A stretch of 64,000 nt of DNA from an uncultured virus (IMG/VR IMGVR_UViG_3300008070_000002) (Duplodnaviria; Heunggongvirae; Uroviricota; Caudoviricetes). Location: the IMG/VR virus record IMGVR_UViG_3300008070_000002, positions 1-64,000 of that record; one strand, written 5' to 3'. This document shows positions 9,640 through 20,033 of the stretch, piece after piece (position 1 is the first letter of the stretch; each line of letters begins with the position of its first letter). The notes beneath the pieces were generated by a model, which was not told the origin of the DNA, ran no database searches, and worked only from the letters and a program-made list of their open reading frames with translations. The translations under genes and the position numbers were made by a program.

Positions 9640-11412
9640 CTACAAACCCAACAACATCCAAATACGAGCGCCGTCTAACATCCCACTTACCATACGGACC
9701 GCTTGGCGATTTGCATCGCTTAACAGTACCGGTGTCAGTGAGTAACGATTGTTACGTAACCGCATTAAACGATTCATTGCGCTGAAGAACTCAGGAGTAT
9801 ACTGCTGTTCTACTTCACAATAACGGTTGATACGGGTCGGTAATACGTTAGCACCTAAGAAGTAATTGGTGCACGCCATTACTAAGTAATGCGCACGTAC
9901 TTCCAGCATCCAACGGTTATCGTCAGTCAGCTTGTAGCTGCTTGCAATGTAGCTGGTCAGGAAGTTCACTTCATCACGTTTAAAGAGCGATAGATCATCA
10001 CTGTGTTTTGGATCTTCCAGCAGTTTTGCAACTTCTGGCCAATCTTCTGCAAACTCACCAGTAGATGCCCAATCACCATGGTTGATGCGCAGCATATCAC
10101 GCAGCATACGACACAACACGCCATCAATCGCAGTATACGCTTGTTGCGCACGCAGGCGGTCTTCAGAGTCGTTGTTCATATCCAGCAGATACACTTTCAA
10201 CATACCCATGAATGCAGCCCAGCCATTAAAGGTTTCTGGAATCAGTGAAATACCAGCACCTTCCATATCTTCCTTCAAACGCAGAGGGAGACTATACTCA
10301 CCCGTTTGATCCATGATGATCACAGCACCGTCATCATTCAGGTGGTTCACCTGAGTATCGGCCTTCTGCAATACCAGCGTTGGATTAAGCGCCTGATCAT
10401 AACACCCCATCCGCTCACCAGTGAATTTCCAGGTTGGGGAATTATCTAACGCAACCGGATCAGCGAAATCAGGGACTTTAGTAAAGTCCACGATCGGCAT
10501 CACTTTCTCATCGCTAGATACCAGACCATAAGCATAGCCTAATTCATGTTTTTCGTAAGGTTCCATAAATACCTGCGCCACAATTCGATTGTCATTACTT
10601 AATACCGCACGGATGCGTTGCAACAGCGGGTTAATAACCCAACCGGTAGTACGTTTACCGTCATAGTTAATAACAGAATTCGCGGCAAGCGGTAGTGTGA
10701 TTTTACCTACATCCAACACCTGACCGTGCCGCACCAGAACTTCACCTTCAGCAACGTTTTGTTCACGACCTGGACGTGACTGTGTTTCACGCGCTGGACG
10801 GTCTTCGCGATCAGTACGGGACTCACGTGCAGGGCGTTCACGGCGGCTATCGCGGCGATCGTCGCGATCACTACGCTCATTACGGCCATATGCAGCTTGT
10901 GCTGGACGACCGCTATCTCGATCATCCCGATCGCGGCCACGACCACGGTCGTCTCGGCGGCTATCGCGACGGCTATCTCGATCACGGCGGCTATCCCGGC
11001 GATCATCCCGGTCGCGTCCACGACCACGATCACGGTCGCGTCCACGGCCACGGTCACTACCAAACACACGATCGTAAATGTCAGCGAGTTCATCGTAATC
11101 TCGACTATCCAACATGTCGCCAATATCTCGCACCGTTACAGCAACGAAGGCGGTCATGACGTTAATAACCACTTTGATTGTATCTTCGTAGTAACGGCTA
11201 TTACGTGTAAGTTCTCGACCGGCGCGATATGCGTCGTCGTCAGCCTGCTTTAACTCAGCTTCAGCGATGTCATAAAACACCGTCGCTACTTTACCACGGC
11301 TATCCTTTAGCTGGTATTCCAACTCCTTGGCAACCTCTCGAATCAGGTCATTACCATCGAACATGGTATTGAGTACATCATCGATTAAGTCATCTAACAT
11401 TCTGTCACTCAT
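9640..11412 (-). CDS. Hypothetical protein with a central Arg/Asp-rich low-complexity region
   Basis: 590 aa, RD tract at about 10760-11060. Has its own promoter motif at 11472. Confidence 0.85.
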   Translation of the reverse strand: MSDRMLDDLIDDVLNTMFDGNDLIREVAKELEYQLKDSRGKVATVFYDIAEAELKQADDDAYRAGRELTRNSRYYEDTIKVVINVMTAFVAVTVRDIGDMLDSRDYDELADIYDRVFGSDRGRGRDRDRGRGRDRDDRRDSRRDRDSRRDSRRDDRGRGRDRDDRDSGRPAQAAYGRNERSDRDDRRDSRRERPARESRTDREDRPARETQSRPGREQNVAEGEVLVRHGQVLDVGKITLPLAANSVINYDGKRTTGWVINPLLQRIRAVLSNDNRIVAQVFMEPYEKHELGYAYGLVSSDEKVMPIVDFTKVPDFADPVALDNSPTWKFTGERMGCYDQALNPTLVLQKADTQVNHLNDDGAVIIMDQTGEYSLPLRLKEDMEGAGISLIPETFNGWAAFMGMLKVYLLDMNNDSEDRLRAQQAYTAIDGVLCRMLRDMLRINHGDWASTGEFAEDWPEVAKLLEDPKHSDDLSLFKRDEVNFLTSYIASSYKLTDDNRWMLEVRAHYLVMACTNYFLGANVLPTRINRYCEVEQQYTPEFFSAMNRLMRLRNNRYSLTPVLLSDANRQAVRMVSGMLDGARIWMLLGL

Positions 11413-11471
11413 CTTTTTACTCCAAGCATACTTAGAAAAGGAGCAGGGTTTTACCCCCGCTCATGCATTAT

Positions 11472-11489
11472 GATAATATCTAACCCTAA
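11472..11489 (-). promoter_or_regulatory. Putative early promoter (variant)
   Basis: TTAGGGTTAGATATTATC, intergenic, about 60 nt upstream of the 11412 start. Confidence 0.6.
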
Positions 11490-11498
11490 CTCTTTGGC

Positions 11499-13130
11499 TT
11501 AACGGCCACCCTTCGCACGCAGTATGCCATCCAATTTGGCAATGTCGTCTTTCAGATGTGGCTTACGCAGTATCTTACCTTGTGGATCAATCGAAACATA
11601 CGGGTTAATCCGATACGGTCCAATTGGCATTGACTTCGGTAAGTTAGCAACACTTCCTGCTTCTACAAACGAAGCATGTAAGTGCTTAGTTGGGTCATTC
11701 AGGTTAATCGTTTTACTACCACTTCCTTTCCCTTTCTTCGCATCGGTTTGATCGATACAATGTGAGGTAAGGCCAATCAGCATATTGGCAGAAGCGGTCA
11801 TAAAGGGTTCTAACTCACCGTGGGTGTTGTTGATACCAGTAATCTTGTCACTGTGAAGAATCTTATTCAACTCACTGACGATTTTATTGGTAGCCACCGG
11901 CCGACCTCCTGAACCACGGGCTAATTTAATCAGCGCATAGTGAGCAGAGAATATAGCAACACGTAAATCCGATAACACGTACTCCGCGGTCGTGTAGTAA
12001 CGGCCGTAAAGGTTTGCGATATCCGAGGTGTTACTACGATTGGTCATGGCATCTATAACAAAGTAGAAATAGTCATAGATCGTTTCACACTCCACACCTT
12101 CACCTAAGAGCTCTTTACGGAAGTCCGCATCCATCACACGTTCTAAGTTAGCAAAGTGCGCTCGAACATCCGCTGGGAACCCTACTTCGGATTGGGTTTT
12201 GTTTAACCCATGGATTGCATAACCTAACATGATTTTCCAGAGCTCGGCATTATCTACGTGGTCAGCAATAATACGCGTAGGAAATGCTTTTGCAACATAA
12301 AAGATCGATGCAATCATAATCTTAGCTACTGGCGTCAGTTCTTCCTTCAAACAGACAATAGCCAAGCTTGGTGCTACCCCACGTGCCGGTGGATCAGCCT
12401 TACATACCGTATAGATATCTAAGTCTAAGTTCTGCACGTAAGGATCATCAACTGCATAAAACTGAATATCCATATTCAAGAAGCGACAGAATGTTTCACG
12501 CACCCCGTACTTTGCATACAGCCAGGTCGCCAATGCCGGATAGTAAGTCTTGGACTTAACAATTCGGTTATGAAGATTTTGGCTATAGGGGATGTACGTA
12601 TGCTCGGTAGAACCATTGATTAGAAAACTATCGCTGGTTTTATCAAACTTAATACGCTGGCGTTTAAAGCCGGTGAAATAACCGTTGCCGGTTTCGGATA
12701 AACCTTTTGTTTTCAGTACAGGGCGAATGGCAAACTTCGTGCCTGCTAAACGCATAATCCCACCCCGTGAACAGAATGGAATACAAAGTGTTCGGGAGAA
12801 CCGCTCACCTGCGTTTTCAAACCAGATTCTAATCATGTAAACATCAGTTGGTGCCATGTTAAAACCACGACGATTGCGTCGGCTAGGACGATACCGTTTA
12901 TTGATTTCAACATATTCCTCTTCAGGCGTTAAGTGCTCATACCACAGATATCGAAACCCTGCAGGTAAACACTCTTCACTCCAGTCCCCGTCGTGACGAA
13001 AAGCTTCGGCTAGCAGCTTATCCACCTCAGGCTCACAAGACTGCATTTGGTAATAGGCGATCCCATTGCCTACCCACTTGTTAATCTTTGGCATCTTATC
13101 ACGAACAAGGTTAAGCGCATCTTTCATCAT
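11499..13130 (-). CDS. Non-virion RNA polymerase beta subunit, N-terminal part (phiKZ gp123-like)
   Basis: 543 aa. IPF..RGG.M...G..F.I.PV and LHASFVEAGS..NLPK...INPY motifs. Lies two genes from the capsid gene, as in phiKZ. Confidence 0.8.
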   Translation of the reverse strand: MMKDALNLVRDKMPKINKWVGNGIAYYQMQSCEPEVDKLLAEAFRHDGDWSEECLPAGFRYLWYEHLTPEEEYVEINKRYRPSRRNRRGFNMAPTDVYMIRIWFENAGERFSRTLCIPFCSRGGIMRLAGTKFAIRPVLKTKGLSETGNGYFTGFKRQRIKFDKTSDSFLINGSTEHTYIPYSQNLHNRIVKSKTYYPALATWLYAKYGVRETFCRFLNMDIQFYAVDDPYVQNLDLDIYTVCKADPPARGVAPSLAIVCLKEELTPVAKIMIASIFYVAKAFPTRIIADHVDNAELWKIMLGYAIHGLNKTQSEVGFPADVRAHFANLERVMDADFRKELLGEGVECETIYDYFYFVIDAMTNRSNTSDIANLYGRYYTTAEYVLSDLRVAIFSAHYALIKLARGSGGRPVATNKIVSELNKILHSDKITGINNTHGELEPFMTASANMLIGLTSHCIDQTDAKKGKGSGSKTINLNDPTKHLHASFVEAGSVANLPKSMPIGPYRINPYVSIDPQGKILRKPHLKDDIAKLDGILRAKGGR

Positions 13131-13132
13131 GG

Positions 13133-14068
13133 TTATAGTACCGTTTTTATTATACCGGTCAACCCACTATAGACTTTCAGAAGCTCAGCGTACGACTTAC
13201 GTCGGTTTGACACCACGTCGGATTCAACCCCTTCCAAACGCTCGTGCAAATCCAATAGTCGTCCAATGTCTTCAAAGACTGCCTTATAGCCGGTTAAGAC
13301 CTCTTCGATGTTATTTTTGAGAAGAGCTACTGTTTCTTTGGCGCATTTTTCATCCAATGCCATTTGGGCACGTAGATGTTCTTCTGACAATATCACCGGC
13401 GGGACGTCAGAAACTATCTTTTTGATTTCCTCCACATTGGTTGTTGTATGCGTTTTAATATCGGTTTGATTAGTGACAACTGTCATAACGAGTGCGGGTG
13501 GATTGGGCGTCCTGTCTACCGGGACCGTTAACGAGAGTGCCCCGGCAGCAATGTAACCAACATCACAGTGCCAATTCCCCACAATCTTTGCTGACAGCAT
13601 AACACCGCCGGTGCCATAACTCGCAATAGACTCCAATAGCTCTCTCACCTGGCTCCGTGGTAAATCAGGCATTACCAAAGAGTTGTAGTGCATAGAGATA
13701 AGAAGGTCTAAGCGATCATCGTAATACCAGTCCTGCTCCCTGAGTTGGTCGTAAGTGATAATATACTCGTATGCGAACTTGCCATTAAAGCGCGATGTCT
13801 CTCCCCAACGTTTGGCAAGCTCAGGTTCTTGATGGATTGACGATAAGCTATTGATACCCCCATTACTTATCATCGTGTTGTTGTAACTCACTATCAGTTT
13901 CCCACTAAATCCGTTGGCACGGGTTGGTGGGATAACCGCCGAAATACCCCGGCGATCGATTATAGCAATGGGACAACCTAACCCATTAATGTAACCGACC
14001 TCGCTAATATATTGACTACGGTTGAAAGCGGCGGGCTGATTACTCAAAGATGCTTCTAGTTTTATCAT
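13133..14068 (-). CDS. Conserved hypothetical protein (phiKZ gp122 position)
   Basis: 311 aa, GGAGG RBS, YINGLG..I.IIDRRG N-terminal motif, coiled-coil C-terminus. Confidence 0.75.
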   Translation of the reverse strand: MIKLEASLSNQPAAFNRSQYISEVGYINGLGCPIAIIDRRGISAVIPPTRANGFSGKLIVSYNNTMISNGGINSLSSIHQEPELAKRWGETSRFNGKFAYEYIITYDQLREQDWYYDDRLDLLISMHYNSLVMPDLPRSQVRELLESIASYGTGGVMLSAKIVGNWHCDVGYIAAGALSLTVPVDRTPNPPALVMTVVTNQTDIKTHTTTNVEEIKKIVSDVPPVILSEEHLRAQMALDEKCAKETVALLKNNIEEVLTGYKAVFEDIGRLLDLHERLEGVESDVVSNRRKSYAELLKVYSGLTGIIKTVL

Positions 14069-14088
14069 TTTACTTCCTCCATCCCTTA

Positions 14089-14106
14089 GATAATATCTAC
14101 CTAAAA
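14089..14106 (-). promoter_or_regulatory. Putative early promoter
   Basis: TTTTAGGTAGATATTATC about 20 nt upstream of the 14068 start, heading the operon that contains the nvRNAP subunit. Confidence 0.65.
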
Positions 14107-14187
14107 GATTTTGGAAGCGTGGGTCGGCTTTATTTTATCCCACATTCGAATACATACTAAGTGAAACGGCAGTAATAAATAAGACGG

Positions 14188-14238
14188 CAGCATAAAAGGC
14201 TAAGTAGCCCCGAAGGGCTACTTAGTCATTTTTTATGT
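14188..14238. terminator. Bidirectional terminator downstream of the capsid gene
   Basis: CTAAGTAGCCC-CGAA-GGGCTACTTAG with TTTTATG following on both strands. Confidence 0.85.
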
Positions 14239-14248
14239 TTACTAACGA

Positions 14249-16486
14249 TTACGCGCCAGTATCCAGCACGGTATTGGTGATCACATCAGATGCTGTAACT
14301 TTCTGAGTAACACCAATAGATGGTTTGTTCTGGATCAGATCAGACAGACCAGTTACGTCGATAACACCAGTAATCGGGCAGTTAACAACGTGGTAGCAAC
14401 GTGGCTGAACGGTGATTTCGTTCGCTACTGCATCGTTACGAGTCAGGTTAGTATCAGTAACCAGCTCAGGGATCCACAGGAAGTTACCGAAGTTCAGTAC
14501 GTGGAAGCCTTCGCTACCAACGGTGAAGACCCATTGAATACGATCTTTGAAACGACGGTCAGTGGTGGTAACGATTTCGTATTCAAACGCGTCGCCCATA
14601 GTACGCAGATCACCAGTTTCCCACAACCAGTTCGCAGTGCGGATATCGGTACCGATAGTCACACGTGGACGGCTCATGGTGTAACCTGACAGCATTTCCA
14701 GTGCAGGTTGGAAGCGCGATTCCTGGAAGGCACGAGTAACCTGGTCACGGATCACGTTCAGCAGAGCTGCACGCATCGAACCTGGAACGTCGTCAGACTG
14801 CAGCGCAGCTGTTTGTGCCTGTGCGTCGAAAGATTGACGTTCGTACCATGCACGAACGTAGTGACGACCTGGACCTTCGATCGCTGCCGGTTCGTACTCG
14901 TTTTCTGGAGTGATAGTTTTCACTACTTCAGCCAGAGCGTCGGTGTAGTTCAGCAGTTTAGTGATACCAGCGTTGTCGTTGCTCAGACGAGCTACAGAGA
15001 TCAGGTTAGAAACCTGAGCAGCGTTGTCAACACGGCCGATTGGTTTACGTGAAGTGATTACAGTACCCAGCTGAATTTTATAACGTTCGTGAGAGCCAAC
15101 TTCGTCAACCAGGATGCCTTTGTTACGACGGTTAGAAGCAGAACGAGTCGCTTTCAGGTCGTAGCAATATGCAGTGATGTCCAGATCTTTTACCAGATCC
15201 AGGCCCAGGCCTTCGGTGGTAGAGATCTTGTCGCCGTTAGCGTCAACCAGAGAGATGATAGACACCTTACCAGCTTCAACGGTAGCCAGACCAGTCTGCA
15301 GGTTTACGTCGCCGTGAACACGTGCTGTGAACTTCAGGCTGTAGTTACCATTCTGCATGGTACCCAGAGCAGGAATAGCGGTGCCGTTAATTGCTTTGGT
15401 ATCTGGGCCGATCATGAACATGGAATCTTTGAATTCCAGAGTCATTTCACGGTTGTCACCTTCTTGTGACTTGTTGAATGAGCTACGTGGCATGTTGTCT
15501 ACATCACGTACGATCAGCATTGCTTTGTCAGCAGTTTCTGATTTACGTTTAATAGAGAAGTAAATACGACGCAGTGCGAAACGGCCGTCGAACTCATCTG
15601 ATTCATCCAGCACACCGGAAGTAACCAGCGCAGGGTGAGCAGACAGAGACAGCAGGTTACGTTGATCAGCAGAGAACAACAGTGCTGAAGTCGGAACCAT
15701 TGAGTTTTCTACCTGACGGCTAACAGGAGCCAGCAGTTTTGGATCAGCGAAGTAAGACGCGTTAGAACCATCGACGTTCAGATAAGGAACGAACTGTACA
15801 GAGTGGTCTTCCAGTACGGTTGGGTCAGTTGCCGCATCCAGGATGTTACGACGGTTGTAACCGATGCTGTCTTTTTCATGCATTGCATGACGTACAGAAC
15901 GGAATACAACAGTTTTGTTAATTTCAACCATCATACCGCACTCAGATGGATCCAGAGTTACAGTACGGAAGAAGGCTTCACAAAATGAGCTTTGACGGGC
16001 TGCCTGCAGGTTGAATGCAACAGAAGCCGCCATGTGTGTATCCAGCTGGGCATCGTTGAAGTACTCCAGACCGATGCCAGCATCACGTGGAGTGATAGAA
16101 GAACCATGTGCGCCGTTAGTCAGCAGGACTGCGTCCATCTGGCCTTTGCCCAGTGGTGCAAAGTTAGCATCCATTGCAGAACGTGCGTAAGCGGCTGGGT
16201 TACCAGAAGCCATCATAACGATGTTCGCAGCTTCGATCTGAGCAGGAGTCAGGTCAGATGCATTCTTGATCAGGCCTTCAGCTTGCAGAGTTTGTACAAC
16301 GCCTTGAGACAGTGCTTTAGCGCGGCTTTCACGTTGAGAACCGAACTGGTTGTAGCTTTCCAGACCAACTAAGTTGTTTACATAGCCTTCTTCTTTCAGT
16401 TCAGCTTTGTTTGCGCTCAGTTGATTTTTGAATACGTCCAGCAATACGCTAGTAGCGTCTTTTGAACTTTGGTGAACTTTAGCCAT
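14249..16486 (-). CDS. Major capsid protein (phiKZ gp120-like)
   Basis: 745 aa, strongly biased codons, AARQSSFCEAFFRTV motif, IGLE/YF propeptide cleavage site, C-terminal VQPR..H.VNCP. Confidence 0.9.
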   Translation of the reverse strand: MAKVHQSSKDATSVLLDVFKNQLSANKAELKEEGYVNNLVGLESYNQFGSQRESRAKALSQGVVQTLQAEGLIKNASDLTPAQIEAANIVMMASGNPAAYARSAMDANFAPLGKGQMDAVLLTNGAHGSSITPRDAGIGLEYFNDAQLDTHMAASVAFNLQAARQSSFCEAFFRTVTLDPSECGMMVEINKTVVFRSVRHAMHEKDSIGYNRRNILDAATDPTVLEDHSVQFVPYLNVDGSNASYFADPKLLAPVSRQVENSMVPTSALLFSADQRNLLSLSAHPALVTSGVLDESDEFDGRFALRRIYFSIKRKSETADKAMLIVRDVDNMPRSSFNKSQEGDNREMTLEFKDSMFMIGPDTKAINGTAIPALGTMQNGNYSLKFTARVHGDVNLQTGLATVEAGKVSIISLVDANGDKISTTEGLGLDLVKDLDITAYCYDLKATRSASNRRNKGILVDEVGSHERYKIQLGTVITSRKPIGRVDNAAQVSNLISVARLSNDNAGITKLLNYTDALAEVVKTITPENEYEPAAIEGPGRHYVRAWYERQSFDAQAQTAALQSDDVPGSMRAALLNVIRDQVTRAFQESRFQPALEMLSGYTMSRPRVTIGTDIRTANWLWETGDLRTMGDAFEYEIVTTTDRRFKDRIQWVFTVGSEGFHVLNFGNFLWIPELVTDTNLTRNDAVANEITVQPRCYHVVNCPITGVIDVTGLSDLIQNKPSIGVTQKVTASDVITNTVLDTGA

Positions 16487-16527
16487 CGACGACTTTCCTT
16501 ATAGATGTTTACCGACTTGAGTTAGCG

Positions 16528-17103
16528 CTAGCTAGCTAACAAACTTTTTACATAAAATAGGGCGAGAGTTGGATTCTCACGCAAGACCGATGATTTATCG
16601 ACCGCCCCGCTATGTACACGCACGACGTTGTGTGCAACACACATAATATCAGACATCAACTGTTGGCTGACCGCGGACAACGTTAGCCCCGTGTTCGCTG
16701 CAAGTTTACCCTTGATAAAGATAAGCTTACCGCACTCCGATGCTTCGACATCAAAGCCCATAGTATTTACCGGATAACCAAGCTTTTCTTCATTAATAAG
16801 AAGATCACTTAATTCACGTTTGATCAATACCGAGATGGTTGGATCATCAGACGCTCGATAATCGTGAAACATTTCGGCATAAGCCTGTTCATAGATATTA
16901 CAGATAGTAGCAGGGATATTGTTTGCAGTGGATGCAAATGCAAGCAACTTAGCAAAAGCAACCTGTGACTGTATGTAATTTATTACATCCTGCCCGGATA
17001 CTATAACAGACTTTATATCCTTTGTACCTAAACATTGGATAGACTCACCTTGGGCTTCCAAGGCGTCGCTTAACCATGCTGGTACGTAGACTAATTTTGG
17101 CAT
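16528..17103 (-). CDS. Conserved hypothetical protein (phiKZ gp119 position)
   Basis: 191 aa, N-terminal LVYVP.W, located between the capsid and DnaB genes. Confidence 0.75.
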   Translation of the reverse strand: MPKLVYVPAWLSDALEAQGESIQCLGTKDIKSVIVSGQDVINYIQSQVAFAKLLAFASTANNIPATICNIYEQAYAEMFHDYRASDDPTISVLIKRELSDLLINEEKLGYPVNTMGFDVEASECGKLIFIKGKLAANTGLTLSAVSQQLMSDIMCVAHNVVRVHSGAVDKSSVLRENPTLALFYVKSLLAS

Positions 17104-17126
17104 ATTAAAATTCCTAAGAGGCTGCT

Positions 17127-18635
17127 ATGGAAGAGAAACTGGTACTCGTTAACTGCCTATCCCTGCTTCACGAAGAAACCTTGGTTCCAGAAGCCACTGG
17201 TCGATACCACGAGCTCATAAAGAAGGTAATCGGTTTAGTGCGGTTACCTGAAATGATTGGCGAATCGGATGACCGGGCTTCGCTGCTTTTCATGCGTACC
17301 ACGATTTTAGACATCATCAACAATGGTGTTCAGTTCGACGCAAGAACGATTCTGCAGAACCTGCGCATCAGTGCACCGTTTGACACTGCTACATATAAAG
17401 CGTTAGAAAGTGGCTTTACTGAGGAGATAGATGCAGCAGTCGCTGCTCATAACATTGACTCACGTGCAGCCTATATTGAGTTATTCTCAAACAAAAATGA
17501 AGCGAAGAGTTTACTACGTAGTGCACAATTCACCATCAATGAAAACAATGGCGGTGGCTTTCATGATAGTGTCAAAAAATTAAGAGAGCAGCTGGCGAAG
17601 TTCGAACGCGCTGCCGCGAACAACGAACCGATTAGTTTCGTTGAACGGGTAGGTGCATCACCGGAAAGTTTCACGGGAATCTTTGAGCAGACGAAAGAAG
17701 CGCTACAAGGTGCGGTGTTAAAGACCGGCTGGATTGGTTTAAACCGCATGCTGGGGATTAATGGTGGGATTGTACCAGGTGAGTGTATCGTTATGCCAGC
17801 GTTGCCGCATAACGCTAAAACAACATTCTCCATGTCACTGACTTTATCTTTGGCTTTGTTTAACAATGCTGCTGACTTTGTTAAAGAAGGCGAGAAAGCC
17901 ATAATACTCGATATCTCACTTGAAAACGAATTGAAAGTGAATATCCCATTAGCATACCGTATGCTGTACGAATACGACCACGGGGTTAAGGTCGACTTAC
18001 GTGACATCGATGTTGTAGAAGCTGGTAAATATATCTTCGATCGTTTAGCAAGAAACGGCTGGCATTACTTCTTTGAACGCCACATTGGCTCTGATTTCAG
18101 TATCGAAACCTTTAGAAAGGTCGTGGAAGGTTATGAGCGCGACGGTTACAAGATTGTCGTGAGCCGTATCGATTACCTAGGGGTAGCCAATAAAGTAGGC
18201 TTAGGGAACGGTACAACGGGTTCTGAAGTGCGTGAAACATATCGCCGTGCGCGTGATATTGGTACAGTGCGTGACATGGTGGTGATTTCACCTCACCAGT
18301 TATCACCGGCAGCGAAAGCGCTGAAAGCAATGGACCCTGAGAAATATATTCGATTACTACCAGGACGCGGGATGACCGATGGTTGTACCACCATCGATAA
18401 CGAAGTCGATTTAGAAATCTTCTTAGGCATTCGTGAAACCGGTGGTAATAGTTGGTTAGAGTTACAGCGTGGTAAACATCGTACGCTGGTAGATACACCA
18501 ATGGCACATCGTTATATAGCAATACCTTTTGCCGATATCGGCACATTACCTTGGGATATTGAAAAAGGGACAGACACGTCCGTGAGATCAATTGCAGCGA
18601 GTTCTATGGCCTTTTACGGTGATGATGAATACTGA
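17127..18635 (+). CDS. dnaB: DnaB-like replicative helicase (phiKZ gp118-like)
   Basis: LKTGW.GLN.MLG..GG, variant Walker A ALPHNAKT, ISLEN, Walker B IDYL, SPHQLS and arginine finger RGKHR. Confidence 0.9.
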   Translation: MEEKLVLVNCLSLLHEETLVPEATGRYHELIKKVIGLVRLPEMIGESDDRASLLFMRTTILDIINNGVQFDARTILQNLRISAPFDTATYKALESGFTEEIDAAVAAHNIDSRAAYIELFSNKNEAKSLLRSAQFTINENNGGGFHDSVKKLREQLAKFERAAANNEPISFVERVGASPESFTGIFEQTKEALQGAVLKTGWIGLNRMLGINGGIVPGECIVMPALPHNAKTTFSMSLTLSLALFNNAADFVKEGEKAIILDISLENELKVNIPLAYRMLYEYDHGVKVDLRDIDVVEAGKYIFDRLARNGWHYFFERHIGSDFSIETFRKVVEGYERDGYKIVVSRIDYLGVANKVGLGNGTTGSEVRETYRRARDIGTVRDMVVISPHQLSPAAKALKAMDPEKYIRLLPGRGMTDGCTTIDNEVDLEIFLGIRETGGNSWLELQRGKHRTLVDTPMAHRYIAIPFADIGTLPWDIEKGTDTSVRSIAASSMAFYGDDEY

Positions 18636-18636
18636 T

Positions 18637-18706
18637 CGCATGGGGCTTCGGCCCCATGCGTTTTATGCTGCCGAGGACAAAAAAAAAGAGGAGCCGAAGC
18701 TCCTCT
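18637..18706. terminator. Pair of convergent terminators
   Basis: Plus strand: CGCATGGGGC-TTCG-GCCCCATGCG-TTTTATGC. Minus strand: AGAGGAGC-TTCG-GCTCCTCT followed by a T-run. Confidence 0.85.
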
Positions 18707-18737
18707 AAAAGGCCGTTGTAGGCTTGGGATAAATTAG

Positions 18738-20021
18738 TTACTTGGTGTAGCGCATGGAATGGAATTTACCTTGAATCATGCGATCCAGTGCAGTTGCCAT
18801 AGCACGTTCGGTTGACTTACTAATATCGTAAGTAACGCGAACCTTTTCTAAGTAGGTAGATAAACGTTTGGCCAGTGAGTAGTAGTTATCGCGCATCGTT
18901 GGAACCCGGCGCTTAAGCTCTGTGTACACTTCATCGGCCATGTCTTCATCAGCACACGGAATTGCAGTTTTGCCGTTTACCATCGTGATCATACGTTGCG
19001 AAACAGAATCCAGTTTCATGCTAACCATGAGTCGGCATGCGTTACGTAACAGACGGTCGTAGTCTTCTTCGGACGGTTCTGCGTCGAAGACTCTGTCTTT
19101 GATATTTGGGACATGGTCAGTAATAACGTAGATAGCCTGGTTCGATAGTTCTATGACAGATGTTCTATCAAAATCATCGCGAATCATAACGCTATCGAAT
19201 CTGGATAATACGCGGCCAGTAATACCTTCTATTAGTGCATTAGCTAGGCTTGTACTAGTGCGGTGATCTCTATCGGCATGCACCGTCACACGTATTAATG
19301 CATCAATGACTTCGCCCGGCAGCGGGTATTCAACGCTATCACTGTACATCGGATCAGAATTTCTGTGATGCAGTGCAAGGATAACCTTAAGTACGAAAAT
19401 ACCAACATCGCTTAACGTCAATGAGGTGCCAGGAATAGCCATCCCAACCTTGCCCCAATTTTCAGGTAGAACGATTTCTGGTTCTTTTGTTTCCACTGTT
19501 TGATCAGCGTCCGCATTCGCTAGGGCAACTGGCGGTATCGTAACCCGTTCTTCAAAATCAGGAAGATCTAGATCAGTGACAATAACTGGTTCATTCTCAC
19601 CTGAGATCATATCACCAATATGCGATTCGATAGATTCGCATGCTTCTGCTACGCCGCGCAGATACCGACCCTTTTGCAGCGTTTCCAGCACAATATCAGC
19701 GATGGCGCGCACGTCACGAACTGAAGTACGTTTACCCACCGCATCTTCGGTTGCGACGATACATGCAGCAATCAATCGCTTAACTTGATTCGGTAACATG
19801 GCCGCTGAGACACCACCGGTAAATGCAATACGCAGTGGGTTATCGGTTTCGACTATAGCGGCTTCAGTGATGTCAATAACACGGTCAGGGTAAATACGAC
19901 CATCGATGATCACGCGACCGTCTTCGATTGTGATGGTATCACATAAACCATCAATAACAGTGCTTACTACAACATCGTTAACCAGTGCAGTGTATTGACC
20001 TTTGATTTGATATGCTTTCAT
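18738..20021 (-). CDS. Hypothetical protein
   Basis: 427-aa ORF in the accessory region, no recognised motif. Confidence 0.8.
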   Translation of the reverse strand: MKAYQIKGQYTALVNDVVVSTVIDGLCDTITIEDGRVIIDGRIYPDRVIDITEAAIVETDNPLRIAFTGGVSAAMLPNQVKRLIAACIVATEDAVGKRTSVRDVRAIADIVLETLQKGRYLRGVAEACESIESHIGDMISGENEPVIVTDLDLPDFEERVTIPPVALANADADQTVETKEPEIVLPENWGKVGMAIPGTSLTLSDVGIFVLKVILALHHRNSDPMYSDSVEYPLPGEVIDALIRVTVHADRDHRTSTSLANALIEGITGRVLSRFDSVMIRDDFDRTSVIELSNQAIYVITDHVPNIKDRVFDAEPSEEDYDRLLRNACRLMVSMKLDSVSQRMITMVNGKTAIPCADEDMADEVYTELKRRVPTMRDNYYSLAKRLSTYLEKVRVTYDISKSTERAMATALDRMIQGKFHSMRYTK

Positions 20022-20033
20022 GGGGAATGATCC

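Noticed and set aside
10707..11253. Alternative-frame ORFs over the RD tracts (also 61065..61340)
   Set aside because: Stop-poor shadow frames of low-complexity codons, with no RBS.
14390..16372. Several plus-strand ORFs antisense to the capsid gene (similarly over 31.5-33.8 kb)
   Set aside because: Expected shadows of strong codon bias in highly expressed genes.
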